Shown one piece after another: positions 1-13,800 of a DNA stretch of 64,000 nt. Origin of the DNA: Raillietiella orientalis (taxonomy: Eukaryota). The stretch lies in NCBI GenBank assembly GCA_036172245.1, contig JAYWIR010000038.1:744001-808000 (forward strand). The letters run 5' to 3'. Under the pieces are notes generated by a model, which saw only the letters and a list, made by a program, of their open reading frames with translations, was not told where the DNA came from and made no database searches. The translations under genes and the position numbers were made by a program. The number at the start of each line of letters is the position of its first letter. The first letter of the stretch is position 1.

Positions 1-602
1 CTGCAGTTCTTCCTGGAAGAACTTCCCCCTTTTCTTTGAAAAATTCTTCCATATGTTTACTGACATCCTGTAGCTATTATAAATATGTCTTTTGTATAGA
101 TTAACATGTTTTGTTTGTATTACGTAGTTTTTTATATTTATTAGTTTTTGTTTAACTTTGCTTTATTATGCATACACCAGACTGAATTGTATCTGTGGAG
201 CCCAGTTTTACACATATCTTTTTGTATGTGCAGAATTCATTTTTTCTTTTTGTACAAGGTTTTTTTTTTCTTGTACCTAAAGTAGCATAGAACCACATAC
301 ATGCATCTGAGTTCCAGCAGCAATTATATTCCTTATGGAGTGCAAGTATGTGATTGACTAAAGTTTGTGTTATAGCATTAAACTTCTGATTATAGGATCA
401 AGGTTGAGGAATTTTCATCAGTTTATGAATAGGTTTTGGCATTTATTTTCTCAATACATGCTATTGATTTCAGTGCTACTACTCTTGGGGATTTTAAAGA
501 TTGATTTACATTGAAGTAAACTGGGAAATGATACATTAAAATGTATCATTACCCAGTTTAAATAACTCACAATGCCCTACTTCATTTATATCTTATTTTC
601 AG

Positions 603-3600
603 ACAAAGAAGATCGCAAAAAAAGGAAAATATCCAGCATGGACAAAGATTACGTCTTTGATAATGGTGTTGAAGCACAAGCTGCTAAGAATGACAAGAAA
701 TCCACAGAGAATGATGCGAATGATTATTCTCCTTTAAAATCTACAAAGCAAAGTAATGTTTCTTTAGATATTTAAGTTCTCAGAGTTTAGATTTTATTCT
801 TATATCTCGATTTTTTGCATATAAAAGAAAAGAAAATTAAAAAATGGGTAAAATGTTGACTTAGCAGAAAAGCTACATGTTCGTACTTGTATTTCGAATT
901 ATTGTTTCTCTGTTTGTTGTAACAGATATGTTTCATACTAAGTTGATGATGACATTGTGAGTGTTATTGCTAATTATTATCAGTAGCGTTTCACAGTAGT
1001 TCTTTTGAGTCTTACAGTTTCTGTTGAATCACTTTTGGAATATGGCATTGTAAATCTTGAGCATTGTTATAATAAATGACAATTACTCAAAATGGTGAAC
1101 AAAAAAAGCAATCATACAGAACTTTTACCTATAACAGTAAATAAGTACAAGTGAATTATAGAAAATGTTAAAGGAACAAGAAATCGAAACAATGAACTCT
1201 GGAAATCTTGAAAGCTGGAAAGGCAGTTTGAAAGAGAAAAGAAGTACATGAAAATAATGTGGCTCTCATAATATAGAGAAAATAGTTTAGCATCAAAGTA
1301 AATTAGAACAAGAAACATCTGAGTTCCATTAGAAATTAATTAATGGAATTGTAATCATTATGAAGTCAAATTCTCATGCAACCAGAAAAATGGAAAGAGA
1401 AAACAGCATAACACTAGTTTAAGATGACAGTCAAGTGTAAAACTCTTAAAACAAAATGGCATTAAGGTAAGAATGAATCCACTTTGAAAACACATATGGG
1501 ATGTGTGGTGCTATAATGCCCTTTCAAAAGAAGTTCAGGATGCACATACAAACTGCATCATGCTTGTAAATTGTTTATGTATGAACGATCCCGGATATGT
1601 ATTTAGACACATCCAGTCAGATTCAGTTAGAAAGTGGAAGTAAAACATTTATTCTATCAGCCAGCAAAAGAGTTGATTTTGTAATTTGGAACAAGCACCT
1701 ATCTTTTACATATCTTAGGATGCTTATCATATGAAAAAACTTAGAAGAAACAATACAAGAGATTATTTCAAGGAAGATGCACAATTTAAAGGATCTAATG
1801 ACTTTTAACAAGTGGAGGCATTATGACTGCGTAATCAGAACTTGTGAATAATGCTTTTTTAATTGTAGTGAAAGTGATAATAACTGTCATCAATTGTATG
1901 ATTTGTTTCAAACTAGCAATCGAGTAGATTTTTCCGAGGAATCTTAATTGAGTAGTACCAATCAGTTTTCTTGATTGTTATTTTAGTAGATCAGAGTTAC
2001 AAATGACTATGCCACTGTAAAGTGTCCAGCTTTGCATAATTCATAACTGTATATTTGTGGTGCTTATCTTGAAAACGAATATGACATTTTCATTCTCTGA
2101 GGTTTTACCAGAACCTTTAGTTTGGCTTTCCAAATTCATATCGCAATTTCCTAAACGATTTGAAATTTATAGCTTGATTTAGGAATAAGTTTTAGATTTG
2201 TAGATAGAAAATCTGCAACAGTATAGTGCACCTCAGAATTCTAGTGGCAAAAGGGATAAATATGATTTAGAAATGATCTTTGCTAATAACTGCTGTTGTA
2301 GCCAATTAGCTTATTTTAAGTCATTCTAAAAGGCAGGAGAAAAAAAACAGTTTTTCAAAAATATCTTGGGCATGTTCATATTTATTTAAACTTCTCATCC
2401 AGAACATAATATATCAGCTGAGAATAATCAACATCTTTTATACAAGAAAAAACATGTTTCCATATAAATTAATTCTCACAACCAATTATTCTTAAAGCAA
2501 TGTTCGAATCATTATTTATAATCAACATAATCATTGAAATTTCCCATTAGGCTAATAATCTTAGTAAATTTCAGCATCATTGTTTTTTTGATAATCAAGG
2601 AAACAAAAAAAACTTCATTTCATAAAATCTGTTTTCAGTTGATAAAGAAGTACCAAGAAAACCAAAAGTTAGGAAAATTGAAAAGTGTCTTATTCCTGTC
2701 ATACAGAAAATGTCATTTGATGGACCTTTGGAAAGCAATGCTTATCATAGATTTAATTCTATGCTTGATGAAATATTTGAGAGTACGGAAGACATTTGTA
2801 TCACAGAAATTGGTAATTTTTTTGTGTTTTTGTTTTATAAAGCCAGCAATTATGAATAAGGGTTATCTTGTTATCAGTTTAAATTTTAAAAGAGTGTTTT
2901 CTGGAATTCTGAATGCATTTTAAATATGTTAGCTCTGGGATAAATGTTTTTGTGTTCATTTATTCACATGTTCATATGCATTGTTTTTGTGTATAATTGT
3001 GTGAAAATTTTTAAAAAAAAATTAGTGTTGACTGGTGTGTTCCTTGGTGCTTAACAATCCTATTGCTATTTACAAATTATGTGTATGTATTTTTTTTTGC
3101 AATTTATTTGGATAATCTTGCATGACACAGGGTACATAGATAGTAAATGTTTTATCGATTTTTATCTCATTTGTCAAGTTGTGTTTATGAATGATGGGAT
3201 GTTGTTATTGATAAAGAAAAATTGTACTGTGGTTGTCTTTTTTCCATTTTTTTTTATCTGTTCATTTGTGTGAGCAGCATTCTCAGTTTTACATGTTTTG
3301 AGCATTTTTTGATTAACCAAAGTCAAAATCAAGGAAAACAACCTAAGACGTTTTGATCTGAAAGGATTTTTCGTGTTAGATTTTCTTGAATTGTTCTTGC
3401 ATAATCACGTCTGTTTTTATGTTATGGGATTATGGGAGAACTTTGTGTTTCATATTCATATGTTTTTAATTTAAATCTTTCAAAAAGTCAAAAAGTCATG
3501 GGTTCATAAAAATTTGTAAAGTTCTTCTGTGTGAGCTTTCTCACATCATACAAACTAAGTAAGTTGCAACATTAAGAGGTAATGTTGCACTTCATGGGTT

Positions 3601-6600
3601 TGTGATGTGGTCATAAAATTTAGAGTTTTCATTATTTTCATTACGATGTTCTAATTTGATATTGCAAGTTTCACCCAAAATTGATTAATGAATGAATTTG
3701 TTTTTATAAACTATGGTTTTTCAAAATTATTTCTAGATGATGATGTTGAAATACCTCAGGAAATACTAATTGCCAAGTATAAAATGCAAGATCTTTCTTA
3801 TGAAGCAGCAAAATTAAAGCTACAAACATCCATGGAATTTATATCGACTGATAGATTGATAAAACTTCTTGGTATATTGGAGAAAAATATTGTTGATGGA
3901 ATCAAAGTATCTCCTTTTCTGAATCATGTATGTCACATTGATATTTTGAACCTTTTGCAATAGTATTCAGATGGAAATTATGTTCATGATTTGTTTGTCT
4001 GAAAAAAAAAAAATAGTAGATAAAGCTACTTTGTTCCCTAAATAATTGATATTTCTAAGTATTTTTGCATCTTCAAGCATTTAGAGATTAGACCACGTAT
4101 AGTGTCTAATGTAACCAGTAAATGTTTGTGAAGTGCCTTAAGAGTAGTTTTCTGACAACATTTAAATTTCGTTTTGAAACTACAAAGGAATAGTCTTTCA
4201 GAATTTACTCATGTAGTATGTGTGTAGACTTTTCACATTATGTAGGAATACTTAAGGTCGATTAATAAGACACATTTTATGCATTTTGGAGCTTTTTTTT
4301 TTAAGTTTTCGATGAAAAGCGTTTTTCATCAGCAAATTAGCTAAGTAGATTATGTATCTATGAATATTAAGCCCTGCCATTGCTGAGCAGCAGTGGCAGA
4401 CGCCCGTAAATTTAGTCTAATGAAACAAATTGTAGTTTCACCAGTGGAGAAATATTCTATTGTTTTATATGATGAACAAAAATATGATTACATTGCCAAT
4501 GGTTTGGATACAGTTATGCCGTACTTTTGTTAGAAAAAATGAATTTCTGGCATATTTAATAACTACTCGAAATCTAAATAATGAAAATAAATAACAGATT
4601 TTATATATAGGATCCATTATGTGTATACTGGGATCTTGTAAGGTATTGATGATTGTAAAAATTGTATTTATCTATCACAAGTATCGGAAGAAAGTTATGT
4701 CGAGCATGATAAATGGGAATCTTTTGTATATTAATATTCTGTATATTGTGATTTTATGTAATATCAGTTTTCCACATATTGATTATTTACGTTTTTTTTT
4801 TAGGAAGATGATGACGAAGAAAATAAATTGTGGGTGGAATTAACAACTGAGAGAATTTTGCGTGCGGCTGATGCAGCTCTCACTTCATTATACATTCTTA
4901 CTTCAAAAAATATGTCAAAAATCGTATATTTGGAGGAGATCATCGAAAAAGTTGCAGTGTTTATAAAATTTCAGTTAACAAATACTGTATATCCAATATT
5001 TGATCCTGTGTACCGGGATCCTCGATTAAAAGGCGTGTATTGTTTTTGTTTGCAGTTACATAGGTGTATAATTGATTGCTTTATTTTTCTGAATAATTGT
5101 GCAAAATTTTGCTGCTAATTAAACCAGAATTTTTACAGAAGGTATATTGACTAATCTAAAGAAAAAAAGGGCACATGCAAAAGAAGTTCGCGAAAAGTCC
5201 ATCTTGCAGTTATATGGCAAATTAAATGAGATTGTTGGCCTTCTTGCTGATTTACTTGAAATACAGATACTTACTGATGGTATTGTTCTCAAAGTAAGTA
5301 CTTGTTTTTCAGATTGTTTATTTATATGCGTTTACTCAATCAGTTATCTGGATTTGGAGTAACAACATTTTTTGTTGAAAACATTTATGAATTACAGTTA
5401 TCAGCCTTACGCCTTGTAATCAATGTAAGTATTGATATTTTTTTTTTTTCCTGCAAAGTTTGTATCTGGTACCCTAGTCACTAAAGGATCTAGAATGATT
5501 TATGTGCCTTATCGCTTCTTAATTTTTATAGTATGCTTAATTTTTAAGAGCAGTCTGCCTGTATTGGTCAGTATACTCGCGGTCAGTTTTGGTTATCTTC
5601 GTATAAGGTTTCATTTGCATTTTGACTTTCTTCTTGCAGTTGCTTTTTTTTGTAAATTCCATGTATCCAATCTTTGAGATTAAAGAAAATTAGCTTCATT
5701 TTCTGATCATATTTTCTTGTTTTGAGTTTTCTGATCTGAAGAATTTCTCGTAGCTACTTGTAAACTGTATATTCATTTTCTAATATTGTTTGTTTTCAGC
5801 AATTAGTTACTTTCTTCTCAAATTCCCTCTTCAATGCCTTGTAATCAATGTTGGTATTTCTGGCAACACAAAAAAATTCATTGTTTGCTTACTCAGTGGA
5901 CTTTTAATTAAGCGGTCTGAATTATACTATGGAATCACGAATTTCTCTAGAGCAAGCAGTTTCTTGTTTTCGTGAAGTGACATGTGGATTCTTAGTCCAG
6001 ATGTATAATTAGTATTTTGAATGATAAGAAGGATTTCTCTACGTTTGGTGCATTTTCAAGTGAAACAGAAAAATATCTTGCATCATCTATAAAGTTATTT
6101 CATGGGCGTATTAAAAAAGAAATGTGGAAGTAGATCCTAAAGACCATGTTACCACGAAAATTCTGCATCCAAGTAAAGCTACTTCTCTGTCCCCCATTTT
6201 TGAAATATCTGTGCTATCAAGAACTTCATGCAAATATGAAAGTACCGGGAAGTACTTTTTATGAATTTAAGCGCTTTGATGGAAGTGTGAAGTGTTTTCA
6301 TACATTATTCGTAAAATTAATTTTTTTTTTTTTTTTTTACCATCCCTTCGAAAATATGAAGGGTATCGGTTACATAAACAAAGGATGCCATTCCTAAGTA
6401 ATTCGTTCGTCATTCAGGCTGGAGTAACGTTGCCTCGGTAAGTTCACAGCATTCGGGAATTTTCCGATTAAAGCTGTTTTAATTTGTAGTTAGGAGGAAG
6501 GAGGTGGTTCTGTTCGTTTATAGGTGTTTCTTTCTTGTTTGGGAATCATAAGCATCTTGCTTGCCAGGGTTTTTTGGAACGGATTTTTGAAGGCGAAAAG

Positions 6601-9600
6601 GGATGAAATATTTTCTAGCCTGTGTTTTCTAGCTTTGGAAAAGTTAATTGAAATTGCATCTTGGGAATTTTTATGTCCTGGACTAGAAGTGCAGTTCTCT
6701 TCATAAATTTATGATTCAAAACTCGGGCTTGTTTAGGTTACGAAAGGAGAAAAAGAATGCATCAATCAAATTGCATTTGTAAGTGTATCTCATCTGCCAG
6801 TTATTGCTCATTTTCTGCCTCAGTTTTAGCATTATGTTTCTGCAAGTGAAACATTATGTGCATCACCATTCATTCTTTGGATTTAATGACGCAAAGTTGT
6901 CCCAACTTTTCCATGCGTTTTTTTTTTTTTTATTGTAGTCGTCACATGGTTCTGGAGACTTTTCTTCTAAGATATAGATTTCAATTATCTTTGAGCACTT
7001 TCACTGAGTTAAAGGATTCCTTGTATTATGTTTCCATAATTTTTTTGAGGTCACTTTCTGGAGTTGGAACTTGTGAAACTGTATGACTAGAAATAATGGT
7101 TATCAGGAAAGTTTCAATTCAAGGGAAGAAAAATTAAAAATAGGTGACGTATCCAAGTTCTAGTTCGCGTTTGGCACGGTTTCCACGCGTAATTTGTATT
7201 CGGAACGCTTGGAAAGTGTTCTTTTGTAAATAAGGGAAATCCCAGTTGTATTTTCCTCTTTTACTACAAACTCACTTATTCTATGTTAATTCAGTAGGTT
7301 GAGTTGAAAGTCATCAAGCGATGTTGTATTAGTACAGAATATTTACCCTATTCAAAACTTTACACAGTCCAGGACTATTCAACGCAACGTTGGTGGGCTG
7401 TTATTTTTCTCTTACTGTATGAAAATGTGTTTTCATTTTCCGGAAATGGATAGGGGCAGAAGGTGGCTTAGCCCAGGTGGTCGTATTCAAGGCGGTATAC
7501 GTTCCGGAGACGAACAAGTCCTGGTCCTGGATGAATTCGTTACTTGGGATTTTTTACGATTCTAAACCTACATGAAGTTCTATTTGGAGCTGTGCACATT
7601 CTTATGCACAACGTATTCAACACGAAGAGCATTCCTTCCCATCAAAGTGTGCACAGCATGCTGGCATCTATTAGTGGCGTTTCTGAACTGCCTTCGCCTT
7701 GTTTGGAATTTCCCCCCATAGTCATTACTTTCCGCATCTCCCCAACGTTTGAAAAGTGTACATTTTCACAATGTTTTCACAAAGAAAACGTCTTTAGAAG
7801 TTGATCGAAGCTGATGTTTCGGATTCCACAGCATCTCGTCCTTTCTCATCATCGATCGACTGAGTCCATTCTCTTTGGACAAGCTTTGCGGTTTCATCAG
7901 ATGGTCCAAATGAAAACGTATTGTCTGAGTTTGTCAAAATCGGCTTTTCTGCATCAAGTTCATCTTCTTGCGTGTTTTTATCCTCTTGAAAATCAACTCG
8001 ATAAGAATCCTTTGTGAATAAATGAGGTATGATTTGATATGTGCGTTACGAAGAGTAGGGTATAGTTCGAAGCTTCTTGAGTTGACCACTCCTTGGGAGG
8101 GATGGGGCGTAGTCGCAGTTTAGCAAAGGGGTTTTTACGCAGCCTTTTTATGTTTGTACACGTGCTAATAGGCTGCCCGTTCCTACACACTTCTATAACC
8201 ACACACGCTGGAGAAGCGTCCTGGTTTACCTTGTTTTTAAGATATGCATATTAGTAATTCTCTCTTTCTCTCTCTCTTTTTTCCCCCTTCTAGCCGTATG
8301 CTTTTTTTTTTTTTTTTTTTGAAGGGTCAGCAGTTTACAGGATTGCTGTGGATCACATCTAGCTTGAAATCTCACATCCACATTGATGTTCTTGTCCCGA
8401 TTTTTTTCGTTTTGGTTTACATATCTGTAGCAGTGATACCAGCCCTTTCCCCCCCCCTTTTTTTTTTTTTGAAGCATCTTTTTTTTTCGAATCCTTAAAG
8501 TTTCCCATTTCGACCTTTGGTGCAAAGGGAAAGTCCAGTTTCCGAGATTATTTCATTCCCTTGCATCCGTGTTATTGTAATTATGCTGATTTGTTTTGAA
8601 TTCGAAATTTGAATCCGGTTGCCCATAAAGAACTCGTTCTTATGGATACCTCATACAGTTATGAGTCTTTGAACGTGTTGGATGTACAGAATCAAAGAAA
8701 AAGAAAAAAAACCGAGGTGCACAAAGTCATTAGGCCTTTTTGTGTGTATAGGTGGTGCTTGATTCCTTAAAAAAATAAAATAAAATAATGAGGTTGGGCA
8801 TTTCTTCAGATTAGTGGCCAGTATTGTATTGCAATGAACGTAGGTTGATTCCTGCCGACGGATACTGTCGGTTGTCGAAGCAAAGCTCAATTTTAAGTTT
8901 GTTTTCTGTAGCCACTTTGTCGAGGCTGATATGAATTCGTCGGAATCTTTTCGTGGGCTCAGGATTGCAGCGTTTGGGGAATTCTTCATTGATGTCGCCG
9001 CACGAATTTCAAGAATTTGTGCATCCGTGAACCAATCGTTTATTATCAGCCTTAAGGAAATGTCGTATTTTGTATAATCAAAGAAATCACCAATTTTCAT
9101 CTTTGGTTTCCTATCTGCCTATTACCTGTCGTTGTAATTCCTTGAATTATTTGCAGATATTTACACACTACCCGAAACATAGGAGGTTGTTACTGGATGA
9201 TATTTTGGCTTCTATAGCACGATTACCCAGCAGTAAAAGAGGATTGAGAACTTATCGTCTACGAAACTCTCCAGATCTTATTCAGATGCTCACTGCTTTG
9301 GTTCTTCAACTCATACAGTGTATCATCTGTTTTCAGAATCAGCCTTGTAAAAAAATTTTGAACGACAGCATTTGTGAAGAAAGAAAATCTAAAAAGGATG
9401 ATGTAAGCTTCCCCCTTCCCGTTTTGCGTCACTTTTCCGTGAATGTTTACTTTGATTCTTTTCAAGATTGATATTGACGTTGCAATTTGCTCCCAATATG
9501 ATTTGGCCAAGAGGACTGCCGCCAATTTCTTATCGATATTTTTGAGTAAATGCAGTAACAAAGGAGATGAATTTGACTACAGACCTCTGTTTGAAAATTT

Positions 9601-10753
9601 CATTCAAGATCTGTTGATCACTGTGAACCGACCAGAGTGGCCAGCAGCTGAACTGTTGCTGAATTTGCTTGGGAAATTGCTGGTACGTTGAGTACACATG
9701 GGGTTTATGTACACATTCTAAAAAGTGACCTGTTGCCACAATCCATTATTTATTAAATTACAATGGGTTGAGAATGATGCAGCACGGATACTTGCCCACG
9801 TTGTGAATTACTTTTTGTTTTTCATTCTTTAGGTTCAAAATTTTATCCACAAAAATGTAGACATCTCCATACGTGTTTCGTCGTTAGACTACCTTGGTGT
9901 AATTGCTGCCAGATTAAGAAGAGATGCTCTCATGTCAGCTGATAATATGGAAGCAATTGATCAGTTGATTGAAGAGATTAAAGAAAAAGAGGTTTATCAA
10001 CAGATGGAAAACACATCTGAAGTATTTAGCTGCATCCGATGTAATTAAGTTTTTAAAATTTTTGTAGCCCGGGAACATAGTTGTGGAAACTGAGGAGGAA
10101 AAAAAATTATTCTTGCAAGGAATTTTATTAGATTATTTGTCTGCTTATTCGGAAGATGATTCTGCCCTTCTAAATGCTAGACAGTTCCTTGTCGCCCAGT
10201 GGTATGCAGATGCATATTCTGAATTCACCCAACAAACTCTCGGATGCAGCAGCAATAATATTTTGGAGCAAAAAAATGTGTGCAAAAATACAAAAGGTAT
10301 TTTGCTATTTAATGGTATTTCGGAAGAATGCGTTGTTCAACTCGTGGCATTGGGATCCATAAATGACTTGATGCTTTTGCACTGACAACGCTTGAGGTCA
10401 GCTTATGGTTCCATTCAGTGAATAGGTGCGGTTTTCCTGACATAATGAAATTATCGATGCTTAAAAGCTGCCCATACCGTTTAGTTTCAGTGAATGATTT
10501 CGGGAAAATTTTCGTCAGTCAATAAGAGTTCACTTTGTGAATTAAAAAAGAATCATAAATGTTTCGTAGAAACTTATCGGTCGAAGTAGTGGGTTTTCAA
10601 ACCAGAAACTGCTGTTCTCATTTGTTATTAAATAAGCAAATGCTCAATAGTATAGGCAATACTGCCGAAGAAATCAGTGGTTTCAGTACCTTAAACCTTT
10701 TACATTGCTTGCAAATCCCAGCATTGTAAGTTGTTAATGGTTGGTGTCTTCTA

Positions 10754-10800
<47 letters not shown>

Positions 10801-13800
10801 CAATACAAATCGGTCTCATGTTCTGCATTTGTCGTTTTGTGTTTTTGACTCGACGAAAGCATTCGCCTCAAATAACTCGTTCATAGGTTGTGACTTTAAT
10901 TTGTTTTTGTTTTTGTTTTTTTTTTGGAAAAACCTGAAAGTCAGCAATTTTCTAAACTTCTTGAGTTTGCAGCCGAATTTTATCTTTCCATTTAATGTAG
11001 ATGAACTTTAAAACGTAGCAGTCAGCTGGCAGTTTGAATGGACTTTGTAAGTTGAACGAGGAACGTCAAAGAACTGCAGTCAGTGGCCTCGATGCTCCTC
11101 GGACGGATTGCAAAGCACAAACCATCCAAGGAGGAGCAGAAAAGGCAGAACAAGCGAACGGCAAGAAATGTATGAGCGAAGTTGCTAACTGCGTGGATTT
11201 TTAGAACATCGAAACAATCGCAATGTGTAAATCTATGAAAGATCTGATCAAATCAGAGCAAATTTGGTGGGGGGTATGGGTATGCCTCTCACGTCGCAGC
11301 AAGGACAAAAAAAAATTCGGGAAATTTCGATTCGTGATGCAGGGAATCGGACCGTTGTTGATGAGCGCATCGGACTTGTTGAATTCCTGACTGACCTTAA
11401 AAAAAAAATATGAAGTACCTGGTTATTTCGAAATGTGGCTGGGAATAGCGGGATGCCACAGTCAAGGTGACTGAATGGATTGCGCTCCTTCGGCATGAAA
11501 GTACACCAGTTGGTACGTCGGTTTGCCCCTTCATATTTACGAAACTGAAACGGGAAAATTTTTCTGTCCTGAGCTCCAAAATCTCACATTTGCAAATTAG
11601 GCCGTTGACGTGGTGGGATCTCATCGGTGTTTATTCCATGAGTGGTACATGAAAACATAGCAATATAATATTTGATGCATGCAGCATTTATTCCTGAAAT
11701 TTTTTCCCGTTAATTTGGACCGTTTATTCATGTTGTTATCCGTTTTGCAATTGAGCATTTTGCAATTCGATTGGGAGCAGTGAGACTATCGAAACTCCAC
11801 TATCGACTCCGTGGCGTTTGGTGCAGAAACTTTGCTTTTCTTCAGGGAGAAACTTTCGTTTCCAGTGGTCAGTTTTCCCGTCCCCGCCTGGACGGCGGAA
11901 TCCCTCCTCTCTTCCGGAAACCCTTCGGAAGACTGCTTCGGTTGCTCTGATTGAATGTCTCCGTCCATTCCCCAGCCCTGCGACCCGGTCCACAGACGTG
12001 ACGAACACCAATCCTTCTCTGTTTGGCTTCAGGGGATAAACCGTTTTGGGTAGCCAGATTCATGAGCGTCGTGTGAGCGAGTGGCCACTTGGCCACTCGC
12101 TGTTGCCAAGCAGTATCGTAAGAATCGGTTACTGATTCTGCCTTCCTTGCTGCTGTCAAAGTCTTACTTGTTTACTGAAGGTGAGAAAGTATTGGTGTGA
12201 AACACCCGAATTGATGTAGAAAACGAATCTTTTGACTTTAGCAGGCAGGTCTTCTGAGCCCTTTGCAAACGCTTTTCCATTACAGGTCTGAAAGAAGTGG
12301 CAATTCCTTCGGGATGAAACGGGATTAAGACACTCAGTGGTCTGTAGAGAGGCACGGAAACGGACTGACTCGAGACCTTCGAAATGCAGGGCTCCGTTGC
12401 AAATCGCAGATTTCGTTAGAATGGGTTGATTGCTCACAGATCCCCCTCTTTGAGCCATCAGAAATTTGTCACGCAACCGTAGTCATGCAAATTGTCTATT
12501 CGCGTATTTCCTGTGAGAAGCAAAATTGATGCCAAGTATAATGTTCAAAGCAAATCGGGGAAATTTCGACTTGCCCTTCGCGCAGATTTGTTTGATTTTT
12601 TTTTCGGGTGTCAAGGATTGAACCGTACTCTTGTTGTTTATGATGAAACATTCAAAGTTTCTTTCGGATGCTGAGGACCACGTCAAGCGTCCTCGAAGTG
12701 AAGTGTCGATTGTAATGCATGTAAAAAATTGCGAGCATGTGGAAGTCAGTGTTTCTGTTTTAAGCATTTTTTTTTGAAGTTAGGCAACTAAGTAAGACAG
12801 CATGCTTTTGGGTTTGCAATGCTTCTTTCACATATACAAAGTTATGCTTTCAAGAAAAATGTGATCCAATCTCTACGATGTTTTTGTTGTCTCTGTTTAA
12901 ATAGATGTAAAAGATGAGAATTCAGAAAGCAGTAAGAGCTCCGCAGTGGATTTCAAGCAGTTCATGAACACACGAAGAAATTTTCTGCTACAAAAGATTC
13001 AGCCTTACAAGGGAAAGCTCCAAAGCGGAAAAATCGTCATCACCGAATTAGATGATGAGAGTGCCAAACTTGTAGCCCAGTACTTATCGTCCAAGAGGGA
13101 GTTTTCTTCGAGTTTCGACCTGTATCTTAAACAAGTAAGAGCTGTGAGCCTCCAGTCTGTGCATTCTGTTTCTTTGTAGATTCTTTTCGTGCTCACAGAA
13201 CAAGCAGTCGCTGTTCGTGCCAGAGCCATGAAGTGCTTGACCATGATCGTAGAAGCAGATCCAAGTGTCCTAGCAAGGCAGGATATGCAATTAGGAGTTA
13301 ATCATTCATTTTTGGATCACTCAACGAGTGTTAGAGAAGCAGCAGTGGATCTTGTTGGAAAATTCGTGCTCATCAAACCCGAGCTTCTAGATAAATACTA
13401 CGAAGTACTCGCAGCACGTATTTTGGTAAAAAAAAAAAAAAAAATAAGTCTCCCCACTTTGGAAACGCATTATTATTTTGATTTGCGAACGATCATAAAT
13501 CGGATGCTTTGTGTTTACGAAAATGACGGTTTGCCATCCTATTCTTTAAAGCACTTCTCGTCAGCGCGTTCACGTGAATAGCGCTGGAGAGGAAGGGTGT
13601 AACGTTAAAAGCACTACGGAGTGAAGAATTAATGTTGCTAATTGATGTAAGCAGCAATCGTAGTTCATCTCGCCGTCGTTATCTTGGTTTCCGTTCTTTT
13701 CGCGTGCAACTATGGTTTCAGTGACTACTGGCATTTGTCGTCGGTGTTTTCGAACTTTGTCGTTTTTCTCAAAACGTTTCGGTCGGGGCGCCGCATCGCA

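Noticed and set aside
8226..10803. Poly-Lys/poly-Phe ORFs
   Set aside because: Translations of A/T homopolymer tracts in introns.
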